This document shows positions 11,251 through 24,638 of a stretch of 64,000 bases of DNA, piece by piece. The notes below the pieces were generated by a model. The model made no database searches. It was not told the DNA's origin and was given only the letters and a program-made list of their open reading frames with translations. This stretch comes from Lingula anatina. Taxonomy: Eukaryota; Animalia; Brachiopoda. The stretch's first letter is position 1. Every line of letters starts with the position of its first letter. The translations under genes and the position numbers were made by a program. The stretch covers positions 2,666,001 through 2,730,000 of the forward strand of contig CM120640.1 in the NCBI GenBank assembly GCA_051362555.1. The letters run 5' to 3'.

Positions 11251-14200
11251 GGGATGAAACTGCCATTTAGCATCGATCTCAAAAAGGATATTTTTGGCCC
11301 CAAAAAGTCAGAAATTTGCCAATAGTCGGTAAAACCTCATTACTGTATATTGCCTATAATGCTGATAAAATATTTAAAGTATTGCATGGGGCTTTCATAT
11401 TTTTTCAGTGTATGTACAGAATATTTACCATGCTGCACTTTGGATGGGCCAGTTAAGACAAACCCTGCTCGTGTGTACAGGGGAATATGCTTAGCACGGC
11501 ATATCAGCAGTATCCGTAAAACTCCAGATTGGGTCTCTTTTACCCTGTAGATGAATTCTTTCAACAGATGAAGAGCAATGCCCTGTAAAGAATCAACAAA
11601 AACAGAAGGGCATGTGCGCCTGCTGTCTTTATAGATGTTGACAGTTTTCATTGTAAACTTTGTTAACATCAAGTCAATATTACTGACAAAATTTATCAAT
11701 ACAATATAAATGAATGAGCTGCCTCATTTGCCTATTCTTTTCTGATATAACATGAGACAATGAACTCACTTCACTCACTTTAATTTTTTTCAATTTTACA
11801 TCATTACTTTATCTTATGTCTTATTGTTTAACCATATATTGTACAATCACATAACTAAGGGCATTTTTTTTATTTGTTAACTATTACAAATCACCCACTT
11901 GTCTTCTTCTTTTCTCCCAGACAACCACAGAATGAATGCAAACACTTGCTGAAAATGAACAAAATACACCGTATCAGATGTTATATATTAATTTACTGGT
12001 AAATACATTTCAGTTCAGAAAGGTGGTCAGAAACTATAATTTATAAAAGATAATAAATCATCCTTGGTGTGAAGATAAACTAATACACAAAATATCCAAC
12101 ACATTTAAAAAATGATAATTTTAAACAGAAGTTTTCATGGCAAACTAGTAAATGAAAGTGATGTTTCACTAGTGGATAAAAAATGTTTTTACTATTTGAA
12201 ACAAGAGAACATGTTATAAGCAGACTATACCCCACCTCCCTCTGGAATGTGAACTTTCATGGATTCCTCTGTCAGCTCATCTCCATGATATCTGCTGGCA
12301 CACACATACTGAAGAAAATAGCCAATTTATTTTCAATTACCTAAATATTTAATTCATTTAATACAACTTAAGATGATCATCTCAGAGTTTCAGAGGTCAC
12401 TAATTAGCATTTTGCTTAATATTCAAATCTTTGCTTTCAAATAAACAGAAGCAGGTTGACCAAGGAATTTCTAAGACTTTTAACCATATAAAAATCTTGT
12501 CATGAAATCCCAATTACACATCCTGATAACTATATTATACTTGTGTATATATGACAACAGACCCCCCCCACCTACACACAGTCTTGATATATCCTGAAAT
12601 CCCAGCAAAAAGTCATAGAGACTGAATGTTTTTAATATGATCAATAAGCTTTTCATCCAAGAATTTCACCTCCACCAAGGAGGTTAGGTCTTAACCTTTG
12701 TTGGTTTGTTAGTTAAATGTATCAGGTCTGTATTAAGGAGGGTAGGGCGGGTTAAAAAAGGACCGCCCAGGAAAAAGTATACATACGAAGGGTTTCATGG
12801 TAAAAAATCCATTTTTTAAAGAATTCCCTTTGAAATTGCTGGCTACAAGCCTGGTGATATATGGAATAACTTAAAACTGATTAGATTTTTTTTTGTGCTG
12901 ATCCATAATAACTTGTAATTAACAAATTAGTATTACCCTGGCAAAGGTCTGGACTCTCTGAGCTGTTTGCCAGGTAACATCATACAGTGGTACCTATATA
13001 TACATACCCCTATCAGAGTATCTTCCTCAAAATGTCCCAAAAACAGGTCAGGAGCTTCATCTTGTCTGTACTTCAGAATTTCTAGACTTGCTGCTTCATC
13101 ATGAGGATAACCTGAAATTTAATTCATAGTCATTTTTACAAATGCACCACAATAATGTGTTTAAAAAAGATATTGTAATAATCCCTTTTTTCAATTCAGT
13201 GCAGTGACCTGAACAATGTAGTGCAAATCTGATAAATCTAAACTGATAAATGTCAAAAAAACAGGTAATGAGTTTCAAAGTACAACTGGTTAGAAAGAAA
13301 TAAGAAATATGCTACTATTTCAGCACACAGTACTAGTTCACTAATAGCAGCTTTGGTATTTACCCACTTGTAACTGGGAGAAGAGACCTTTGTTATAAAA
13401 TTCAATACTTTTATTGATATGACAATGTTCTTTTTCTTACCTTCAGAAAACCATTCAACCTATTCACATCTAATGATTTGAATATAAATAATGAATGCAC
13501 ATAATTTTTACTATAGCTAAAATAAATATCACAATGCAGAAAACTTATTATCCAATACCATGTCTGACCTATAAACTTTTGTTTGTTCAAGCTCTTAACA
13601 GGTGTATTCATTCTGGAATTTGTAAATATTTGAATAAGGTTCCCACTTCAGAAGTTGTATGACAATTTGAAAATCATTTGCCACTGATTGTCCTAATGGG
13701 TTTAATTGAGTGTCTTGACACATTTGCATTTTACATCTAGAATCTACCTGTTAGAACCAACTTCTAGTCGAAAAAAATACATCCTTGGCTGCCATCATAT
13801 CCTAATTATAACAGTTATACAATGTACTGAACATACCTTTACAAATCTTGCAGCTTACCCTTTTCTCTCATTTACAAAGAATCAACTTAACACAAAGAAC
13901 ATTCAAGCTCTGATAAGAGAAAAACGGAGAAATACATCTACCCTACTGGGGGAACTATCTATGAATTAAAATCCAATCAATGTTAATTGTTTTTCAATTT
14001 ATCTTTTGTGTACCGGTAGGGTGTCTGTTCTATTTTATCCTAGGTCCAAGTGGCTTAAATACCCCCAGCACAAGACTGAAATGAACTAAGATACTGCCGA
14101 GAAAAAAAAACTTTTAACTTCAGTAGTGTCTGGCAGGTAACTTTTGAATAAAATCACTAACCAAAGTTGTAACACCTGCAGTACGCGTTAAGTCGGCTTG

Positions 14201-14337
14201 AGAGATAAACACGGGCTCAAAAACACAACATAAATATTTTGTATCAAGAATAAAAAGCAATACTCACTAGCTTTCTCCAAAAGGTATGCCTGATCAATCT
14301 CGCTTGGTAACACCACTCGTGTCATTCGATCCGGCAT
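10703..14337 (-). CDS. GNAT N-acetyltransferase of AANAT-like (non-vertebrate type)/yeast PAA1-like class, ~171 aa; exons 14337-14268, 13111-13008, 12308-12236, 11948-11899, 11582-11429, 10767-10703
   Basis: Phase-consistent splicing. Motifs YPHDEAASLE..R..EAPDLFLG, VCIHSVVV..RRRQGIA (acetyl-CoA motif A), LLICR..HIPLYTRAGF..G.S.V.HG..W..M. An alternative in-frame ATG lies at 14394. Confidence 0.88.
11195..11250. repeat. (TA)n(CA)n microsatellite
   Basis: Direct reading. Confidence 0.95.
12664..12970 (+). mobile_element. Old, degenerate HINE of a third family
   Basis: 5' ACCTCCACCAAGGAGGTT hairpin followed by (GTTT/GTTA)-like repeats; 3' CCTGGCAAAGGTCTGGACTCTCTGAG is inverted relative to the 5' motif. 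Confidence 0.5.
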
Positions 14338-14614
14338 AGTTTTCTTCAGTCTGGCTGCCCCTGGAGCTTTCAAAACCCCACCAATCTTAATCATGGGCCA
14401 GGGAGCATTCCGTTGTGTGTTTAAACTACTGCTTATTAATTTTTACATATATAAAAAATTTATATCAATATGAATGAGTACTGATTGTAACTCATATCAA
14501 ATTATCAAGTATAATCTAAGAGGAAATTAATAAGCTTTAATTGTTATTAATTAAACACTTCTATGTAAACACGGAAATCTCCCTTGCGCATGTAAAAAGA
14601 GCATTTCCGGTAAC
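14338..14614. promoter_or_regulatory. Bidirectional promoter, AANAT-like / EEF1E1
   Basis: 277 bp between divergent ATGs, containing ETS-like CGGAAAT and TTCCGG and NRF1-like TGCGCATG. Confidence 0.65.
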
Positions 14615-16905
14615 ATGGCAGGCATGAAGACTGACATAGAAGTGTTAGCGGCATATTTAGGCCATTCATCAGTAGATGTGGACATCGATGATAAGCAGAA
14701 GGTAACTTAAATGTTAGAAATGTTATTACTGAGTAATTATCAACTCAGAGTAGCATTTGTATCCTTATAGTATCCGTAAGGACATAACTTCCATTCCACC
14801 AATAGTTCACTTAACGTTAGTAATGGTAGAGACTGAAAATGTTAAATGTGATAAAATAAATGAAATTTTTAAAAATCTTGTGATCACTCACAAAAATTAA
14901 GGCTATATGTTTTAAATGTTCTTCACATTACACATTCTGAATCACAAATCAAAATTTTAGTCCTGTCTATCCTAGAAGAGCAGCAGTCCACACAATTAAA
15001 TGAACATCAGTATATAACATGCCAGCTGGTTATTTCTGTTGCAGGTTCCTCTTCTTGGTGTTGATGGTGGATTCAAGTTGAGGGGGTTTGGAACAATATG
15101 CAAATATTTGGCTAAACAAGCAAAGAGGCTTGATTTATTAGGTATGAACCTGACATGATAGCATTCAAAACTTAAACTATATTCCTTGTTGTTAACATCA
15201 TGTGGTGTACTTGTAATTGATTGTATTGGTCCACTTTGATTGATTGCCAACTTTATAACTAGGTTGTTACATAAGAGGGTCTTCAAAACAGAGTACCCAG
15301 GCTCCACTAGGCCAGTAAATCAACTTCTTCCCAAACAGCAGGGAGCAAACCTTTGAAAGCCAGTAAAACCTCCTGTAGCTTAATTTTATGTTAGAACTTC
15401 TCAAAGTGTACCAGTACAGACTGTATTGTCTAAGTACACTGCTCCATGTGAAAAAGGATAATGACTATCGCTATCACAAGACCTCTTCAAACATTTTTAA
15501 AATATCTTGAACATGAATTAGTTTAGTTTGTGAGTTAAATTACCCATTGGTATACTCCAACATTTTCTTTTCAAGTACATGAAGTCTACAGTAAAAATAA
15601 AAATAAATCTACAGTAAAAATGAATGCAAATGAATATTGTAAACATCATATAAGAAGCAGGTTCTTATCTTCCAGGAAACCAGCCAGAAGCCCAGGCAGC
15701 TGTTAGCCAGTGGCTGGAGTATAGAATAACACAAGTGGACAGGTGTGGCACTGATAAGGACAAACAGTGTATACTGGAGGTAACCAGGCTCAAATTTTAC
15801 CTCAGTCGGTCAAGTCTAAAAAAAATTTTTTTCAAATTTTAAAAATCAAATTTTACCACAACTAGAAGAGTCGAAAAGTCCTTTTTTTAAACGTTTGATA
15901 ATTTGCTGAACCTTTCATTTGCAATGTGATATGTTTAAACTATATTGAAAATATTGTGTTTAAAACCTGAAAGTGTGTGTGTGTACATTTTAAGTAGTTC
16001 TCATTTATTTTGATGTTGTGATAAACTTGTGCCATTTTTTTTTCAGGATATCAATAGGTTTTTACAAAAAAGAGTATATTTGGTAGAATACCAGCCAACA
16101 TTAGCAGATCTTCTTTTGTATTATAGTTTACACAGTGTGATGGTAAGTGAAGTCATGTGGAGAGCCATTTTCAGCATTTGTTAAAAGCACAATTTTTGTA
16201 AAACATCCAAAACGTCAGTGCAATATCTTCAAAGATTTTTATGTTATTGAACTTTGAAATAAGTAACATTTTTTTTTGAGCCACCCGATATTATACATTA
16301 ATTGAAATCCAAATGTGTAGTCCCATTACCATGATGCCACCATCTTGCCAACTTAGATTGTTCACTCTGTGGTAGATTGCATGTGCCGTTGTCACTAGTG
16401 TGTGGATGAGAATGAACCCCATTGGTGGTATGGCTTTTATTTAGAGTGATAAGTTGATTCACATTTCACTCAGCTAAGATTGCTTTTAAAAATGTGGACT
16501 CTTTTTCAGACTGAGCTTACCTTTTTGGAAAAACAGAAACTTATGCACCTTTCCAGATGGTTTAATCAGGTATGCATATTTTAGTGTATAATATTTGAAG
16601 ACATACTTAATTTTTTTTCTTTTGTAAGAGAAAAAAGTACAGGTGTTAGAAAAAGGCATATTTTAAATTGAATGGTAAATTTTAAACAGTTGCATGATTC
16701 TTGCTTTAAGCCTGTCATTTAAATCTATAGTACTATAATCTATAATACTTTAAGTTTCTTGTTGAAAAAAAAATAAACCAATTTTACTACCAGTAGTAAC
16801 AATTATTTTTGAAATGTTTAGGTCCAGCATCTTCCTGGCATCTACCAGACATTGCCAGTGGTCCCCTTTCAGAGGAACAGGATATATGGCCACAGTACAC
16901 ACTGA
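14615..16905 (+). CDS. EEF1E1: Eukaryotic translation elongation factor 1 epsilon-1 (AIMP3/p18), 175 aa; exons 14615-14701, 15045-15141, 15676-15779, 16047-16142, 16510-16569, 16822-16905
   Basis: Spliced protein has VSQWLEYRITQVD, VYLV..PTLADLLLYYSLH and EKQKLMHLSRWFNQVQHLPGI..L..V.FQRNRIY, matching the AIMP3 GST-like fold. Confidence 0.95.
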
Positions 16906-18411
16906 TAGGGGGACGAACAGGCTCACAAATTCCATGGACATGTCAATTTTTAGACAAAGAACATATCAATTTTGTGATTTTCATACAAGGTGGCATGGGC
17001 TGCATAGGGAGCCAGTATTTTATACATGAATTCATATTTTTTGACTTCATTGTGCTTGTTGCATGTTATGTAGGTGCTGTGTTGGTATATAACAATACCA
17101 AGAAGTGTCACTTTGTGTAATTAAAGAATTTGAAAATTAATTATGAAAATCATTGTGTTCCAGAAACACTGGGTTGATTCAGAAACTCAAAATTGAGCCT
17201 CTAGGAAGTTAAATATTATTTTTAAATTTGACAAGAAAACTTTAATTCACTTTACCATTTAAAGATGACAAACTTAATTGGCATATCTTACAAGGTGGTT
17301 CTAAGATTTTTAGTCGAAGGGATATTGATGGCGTTTTGCTGTAGGGACTGGACGCGGCACTTTGCCAGTTTGTGAAGAAGTTCATGATAGAGATACACAC
17401 GTTGTTCCATTTGATAGTTACTCAACAAATACTCAGGTTTATTATACTACTACACATAGTGCCAATTTGACCAAGTTTTGTGATATTTATGTGTCACATA
17501 CCATGGAAATAATGATCTTAGACTAATGGGAATCATCTGAGATCACCCCAATCTAGGGACTTGGATGTAAAATCAAGCAAGATTTTGAGGAAAGTGGGTT
17601 CAGAAATAAAAGCAGATTTGCAAATGAAGTGCAGCAAAAAATAAAAACTGGCAGACTTGGGGTGCTTTCCCAGAGATTTAGATCGATCTAAAGATTAAGT
17701 TTGTAAGAGTTTGTACTAAAATGATCTCGTTATGATTCAGTCTTTACAATGTACAATGAGTTATAATAGTGATTACATTTGATATGAAAACTATTTGGAT
17801 AGATCAACTTGACAAAGAACAGAAGTTTGTATCAAGATGGTGATGGTTGATGACGTAATGTGCCTTGGTGGCTTGTGATACCATTTGTTAGGGCATTTCA
17901 ATGTTGAGATAATATAATTAAATCTGAGGATAAATTTCTCATTCAATTCTAGCACTTGTCATTTCTGGATTTACTGTTTTAAAAGTCCATCCTATGTATT
18001 AATATTTTCATTCAAAACCAGGGGGGGGGGGGGCAGTATTTTCATACACATTTTTTGAAATATACAAGACTTGGAGGAGAGCTAAATTGTTTTAACTGGC
18101 ATTGATTGTAAAAGATGCATATTGAGTGAATACTGATGCCAAACTATTGGCACTTAGCCACATCAAATGCCACTGCATAGTTTCCAGTGGAAAATTTACC
18201 CAGAATCCTTATGCGGCATTTCTTAAAATATTTACACACTAGGATAACGTTTTGTACTTTACAAAGAGGAAAAATGAGTAGATCGAATTAATTTGAGAAA
18301 TTTGAAGGAGCAGTTTAAATGCCTTTTTTCTGCTGAGGTGGATTTCAGGAGTTTTTTTTTTTTGTTTTTTTTTTTTTTGGCTTTTGTGTTGTGTAAGAAA
18401 CTGGTACTATA

Positions 18412-21296
18412 ATCAGTACCACCAGCGTGTACGCTGGCGGTACTCATGGTTTTAGTCCCGACCCGTCTCGTACAGCTCCGCCGGCTCCTGCGGCTCCGCA
18501 GTCGGGCGCCGGAAACAAGTCACCGTTACCGCTTCTCCTCCTAGACCGCAAGGACCTGTGTCCCCATCTCTTGGATTTAGGTCACATATAATCTCAACTT
18601 GAACACCCTGGGTTTTTTGTCTTCGTTGGTGCACTGGCCTGGGCGTGACGCTCGTGAAATGCACCCTTGTCAAAATTTTTGAAAATTCAATGCTAAATAT
18701 CTCCCAAACCAAAGGAATTATGGGAAAAATTACCACAGAAGTCTGACCGAAAGTCATATGTGGAGATTCCAAAAATGCCCTTGGATTTGACTTTTGACCT
18801 TTTTTTCAAGGTCAAACAAGCCAAAAATTTCTAAAAATGGGAATTTTCTGTAAAAAAATATTTGTTTGTGCTAATTTTTGGAAACTACGCAGCCCTAAGC
18901 TCTCCTGTTATAGTGAGGGGTTACCATTGGGGACTCCTTTCATCTTTGGGAGTTTTGGGGTCAATCAGTGCATTTTCACGGGAGAAGCAGCCATTAGATA
19001 CCGAAACTGAAAACTCGCTCTAAATCTGGAACGGTAAATGCCAGAGACCTCTTTTTAATTGCATTTTTATAGACCTTGTCAAGTGCAATACTGGAGGTGG
19101 TATCCATTTTTTTGTTTTTGATATGGTTTAGACGTTGCCCTATATAAAAAATTACAACATCGCAATATTCAGCGGGGAAAATGTGAAATACTCCAAAATT
19201 AGCAGAGATACGCCCATAGTTACTATTGAACTTGAATAGGAAGTCATATACTGGTAATCTAACTGTGACCATGTAATTGACCTTTGACCTACTTTTCATG
19301 ATGAACTGCACTTTGCAAGTTTTCTGATCTTTATATCTCCAAAACTTGCAAAGATATGCCCATAGTTACTATTGAACTTGAATAGGAAGTCATATACTGG
19401 TAATCTAACTGTGACCTTGAAATTGACCTTTGACCTACTTTTCAGTACTGCACTTTGCAAGTTTTCTGATCTTTATATCTCCAAAACTGGCAAAGATACG
19501 CCCATAGTTACTATTGAACTTGAATAGGAAGTCATATACTGGCAGTCTTATTTGACCTTGGAATTGACCTTTGACCTACTTTTCACCATGAACTGAACTT
19601 TGCAAATTTTCTATCCCTATTGACCTTTGACCTACTTTTCAGTACTGCACTTTGCAAGTTTTCTGATCTTTATATCTCGAAAACTGGCAGAGATAAGTCC
19701 AAAGTTACTATTTAACTTGAATAGGAAGTCATATACTGGTAATCTTACTGTGACCTTGAAATTGACCTTTGACCTACTATTTATGATGAACTGCACTTTG
19801 CATGTTTCCTGGCCTTCATATCTCCAATAGTAGCTATGGGCATTTCTTTGCCAATTTTGAACTTTTATAGGAAGGCATATACTATGACCTTGAAATTGAC
19901 CTTTGACCTACTTTTTCACCACAAACTGAACTCTGCATATTTTCTTGCCCCTCATATCTTCAAAAGATCTGCCCACTGTTGTCCCTAGGTTTTCTCTCTT
20001 GTCAGCAAATATGCAATACTGATAACGCATTTCAAGGAAAACCAATAGGCCTGTTGTCTAGAAAATCACAGGAGCGATCAGTGTTAGGAAAATACAGCTC
20101 AATTTGAACATCTGCTTGATTTGAACAGTTTGTTCGATTTTTATGTACAGACACAGATGTGTCTGTACATATTGCCATCACCTGCGTCTGTCGTCGCCGT
20201 CGTCGCCGATGGCGATGCCGATGCTGATGCCGATGCCGATGCTGATGCCGATGCCGATGCCGTGCACTTTCCTTGTAAACACGATAAGTGGAACACAGTT
20301 TTATTTTTTGCTTTTATATTTACAGAGCTGATGAATATTCATAAAACGCAGGTCAAGTTCGAAAATCAGCATGATCGGGCCATTATAGTAGAAGTTATGC
20401 TGTTTTTTCACTTTTCAGCATATATACAACCCAGTAAACACATTTAAAGGAAAACCGCCTGTTGTCATGAAACTCACAGGAGTAATCAATCTTACTAAAA
20501 TGCAGGACAAGTTCGAAAATCGGCATGATCCGGCCACTATTTTAGTAGTTATGCTGATTTTTTCATTTTTCAGCATATATGCAACACTGTAAACACAATA
20601 TAGGAAAAACAGATAAGCCGATTGTCATTAAACTCACAGGAGTGGTCAATCTTACTAAAACGCAGGTTGAGTTCGAAAATCAGCATAATCAGGCCATTAT
20701 TTTAGAAGTTATGCTGTTTTTTCACATTTCCTCAGATTCAGTTCTTAGGCATGTTAATAGCCTTATTATTTAACTAATTAGATACATAAAAGTGTTTGTT
20801 TGACATTTCCTGCATCTTTACAACATTGTTAGTTGATTATGTAAAAATGATGGTAAACTTGTTATCGTGTATTGTGTAATAAAGTGTCAAAAATGGAATC
20901 AAACTCATATCATTGCATTTTGTCAGATTCAATCATCCACTATGTTCAGAATCTCAGAATGGAGGAAATTGGACATTTAACACTGTTCTATTGATATTTT
21001 TCCCATCTCATCAATTTTCTTAGTTGATCATATAAAAATTGCAGTAAACTGTTTATTTTGTTTTATGTTAAAAAAGTGTTAAAAATGGAAATAAACCCAT
21101 TTCAGAACAGTGCTGTCTTGTTTTTCTTTTTTTTTTTTGCATATTTTGAGAACTTGTTTAGTGCATTTTATAGAGCTTGTCAAGCACAAGACTGGTGGTG
21201 GTGTTCATTTTTTGGGGTTGGGGTTTCCATGAGAATGCGCTTACTCCAGCTGGTGGTACAATATCCAGAGGCGGTATCGCCTCTCTGATCCTCTAG
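18412..21296 (+). mobile_element. HINE family 1, copy 3 (~5 diverged satellite units) containing a nested family-2 element
   Basis: Same 5' hairpin as the copy at 2421; same 3' hairpin plus CTAG (21293-21296). Confidence 0.85.
20137..21122 (+). mobile_element. HINE family 2 (3'-truncated) nested in family-1 copy 3
   Basis: Starts TTTTTATGTACAGACACAGATGTGTCTGTACAT (palindrome), then (GATGCC)n microsatellite and ~155-bp tandem units. Homologous to 27480-28420 and 28670-29347 in reverse. Host sequence resumes at ~21130. Confidence 0.8.
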
Positions 21297-24200
21297 TTTT
21301 GATTCAAATTAATCTAAAATTTTTAAAAAATTGATGATTTCAGAACTTTCATCTTTGAAATACTAATATCTACTATATATCTACTACTCATTCTGAACAC
21401 ACACACCGAAAAAAAAAAAACAAGGCAAGAAACTGAATGAAGTTAGGGATTTTTTTTTGTCATTGAAACTAAAAAGTGAACAAACAAAACATCGGTTTTA
21501 ATAAACATTTTATATCATTCTTCCCTTGTGAAAAACTCCACTCACCCATATACTTTTCAAACACTACATATTACAGTATAATCCACAAAATGTGCAACTA
21601 GAAACCATCAGAATATGTTACAAATGGGTGCTTTTCAAAATGACCATTCTTGGCCAGAAAACGAAGTTTAAGATTAAATCTTATTGTTACAGATTCTTTA
21701 AATGTGATATATCTTAGCTTCCTGATTCTATTGTAATATCTAAATTGGAAACCCTCTGATCTACTCATACTATCTGAATTTAAAAAAAAAAAAAAAAAAA
21801 ACACATACAATTACAATTTTGGCCACTTGGGTCTAAAACATTGTATCATTGTAATCAAGGACTTTAATCCAGTCCTTTGTACAGGAAAAAATTTAATTTT
21901 TACTTATAAATGGTGTAATTGCTCTGTGGTAGCTTTATATAATTTTTTTAAATAAATCAACTCTTGGAAGACTTAAATAATATTTACACACATAATTTTG
22001 ACGACTAAACTTCTTTACCTATTCTCATATTCTAGGATGAAACTTCTTTCTTAAGCACAAAAATTAACTATTTTTAAAAGAATGCAACATAGTTTTAATG
22101 ATTAATATGTTATTATTGAAAAAAAAAATCTTAAAATTTGATAATTTTCTCACCGGTACAAGATGCTGTACACTTCATGAGGCTTCATTTCAAGTTAAAT
22201 CTGTACAGAAAATGAACCACCATTTATCAATATATTTGACAGTTCATAAAATAAAATTTCATATTTCCTACAATTTCTTCAGTAAATGGATATGTGAAAC
22301 AATATACTGTACAATTTACGTGTGCATACACTTGATTTTTCTAAATCGCAGTGCAGCCTTTACTTGTGCCCCAGATAATTACACAAAAGCCACAGATTCT
22401 AAAATAATAGACTGCAATGCCAGTGAGCCGTATGACTGAATATATCTAAAACAATGTACAAAACATTAAAAGACTAGTAACATAAGACCATTTCAGCCTA
22501 GTCACAAACCTTGTGATGGAGCTGTATAACAATATATGCAAAGATATTTTCAACAACAAACAAAAATTGAGTGACTAACAAAAAATAACCAGACAATGAA
22601 TTTTAACAAAAAGGAGGTATTTGTGGTTAAATATCATTGAAAATTTGTATATTCCAAATCAAAGGATAAAGTTCACAAAAAAAGAGATACCATGCTAAAA
22701 AGCAAGTCAATATCTTGTGTTTCTGAGAAAAAATTCTCCAAATAATGAATTTATTTGCTAAAACTGTTATTATCATTATTCCAGCTTTCATCCAAAACCA
22801 CCCTATTATTCAACAAAATTATCCAGCAAAGCTGACAATGTACAGACAATAAATGAAATGCAGGGCAATAGCAAGTTTTTAAAGGAAGCAGACAATACTC
22901 AAATTTGATCTACAGGTATTCTTCACATAGCTGCACAAAACATGTACATAAACGGATATATAAAATTTTTTTAAAGAATTTTTTTTAAGTCTGAGTTTTT
23001 GTTAAGACAAGTTGGACACTGTGTGTAACTGAAAATTCTGAATCTTGAGATAGTGGAATGTTTGGAAACAACTAAGTCAGAGATGTTTTAAATATGGGAC
23101 TAAATTGCTGTAGCAAATGTTAAAATATGGGATTTAATTGCAGTAAGAAGTTTAAATGCCATTTTAAGACTGCTTCGACATAAGGTGTCCAAGCACATGT
23201 TGCACCTCTCTCACATCATCAGTATAATGGGCAAGGAGTAAGATGATCACTGTAAGCCCAGGCACATTGTGTCTGTGCATTAATTATAAGGTATGGCAGG
23301 TTTAACACTTCATATTTAATAAGGACTTAAGTAAATAAAGTGTCCGTTAATAAGTATATGTTTCCACTTTTTATCTAAACACATAATATAACCGCGCATA
23401 AAATTGAAACAGACCACGCAAGTGCTTTCTATTTAATAGTGCCTCCAAATTGATAGAAGTGCCCTACTTCTTTTAAGTCATTTTTTTTCAAAAATTATAC
23501 CAAGTCAAAAGTAGACTGAATGTTTATTTCATTATCCCTACATTCTTTTGCTATCAATATATAAAGCACTAGTGTCGGGTTTGTCTTTTTGCATTGCTGG
23601 TACATAAAACTGATTTCACTATTGGATTTACACAATTCACTATTTTGCAAACAAACATTATTATTTTCTTCACATCTTTACCAATACCCTAATAACGTGG
23701 CTTTCAAAACATTAAGTACAACATTACACCAAAATTTATCTTAAATTTCAACTGGATCAACTAGATAAATAGATGTTTTAAACATCAGGATAAAACAAAG
23801 ATCATTATAGACAATTGTGTTAACATTCAATTGAATGGGGAATCTGCTATTTTCAACTAATGATGATCGATGTTTAACTTTTCATTTTTTTGTTTGTGCG
23901 AGTGAATGAGAAGAAAGATCTGCATCATAAAGTTCACAAGGCAAAGTCTTAACATTACAAATGGTGATAGTAACTCAAGTATACCACAGCATAACACAAT
24001 ATGCACAAAAATGTGACAGCTCTTTCCTCAGACCTTGTATCACCTTTATGTTACACAATAAAAACTCTTCTCCCACTGGTTGCATTTCAAAATCCTTGAA
24101 CTTTTTTCAAGCAGCAGTATATCAGAGCAAAATACATCATAAATATATATTTTTTCAGCCAAACATTTCAATCCTATTTTTTTCAGAGCTTTCATCTTTA

Positions 24201-24638
24201 AAATGCCACTAATGTCAGGATAAATGTTTTAACCTCAGAGTAGCTGTGTATTGTAAAAGACCTTAACCCAGATTTACTGGCAGCGTTAATGCTACAGGGC
24301 AATGCTTTACAAAGACTCTTAAGTCACATCAAATCAGCCTTAACTATGACCAAAGAATTGTGGCCTACGTTACACATGGAATCCAAATGAGTGCCAATTT
24401 TTTTTTTTTTTTTTTTTTTTTGGGGGGGGGGGGGGATTTTGCTATGACAAATTAGAGAGTATGGCTTATTTATGTATTAAGTTATTGAAGGACAGTTGTT
24501 CCTGAAACAAATTTAGACTAAGTTGCAATGGAGTATAGTTAGCCTATGTTTATTCCTAAGCTCAATAACTTGTCTTTTATTGTAACACAGGCCCCAGTGA
24601 AATTAAGAAATTATAATTCAATTCTATCACATGTTAAA

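Noticed and set aside
12229-12236. Alternative donor GTATAG at 12230 for AANAT-like exon 3
   Set aside because: It gives phase 0, which is incompatible with the next exon; the donor at 12235 keeps the frame.
20121-20447. ORFs with poly-(DA) or poly-(MP) tracts (also 28177-28416 and 29041-29405)
   Set aside because: Translations of the (GATGCC)n microsatellite in HINE family 2.
24397-24435. Poly-T followed by poly-G (and poly-G at 18021-18033) as a G-quadruplex or retrocopy tail
   Set aside because: Simple homopolymer runs with no associated target-site duplication or element body; their lengths are error-prone.
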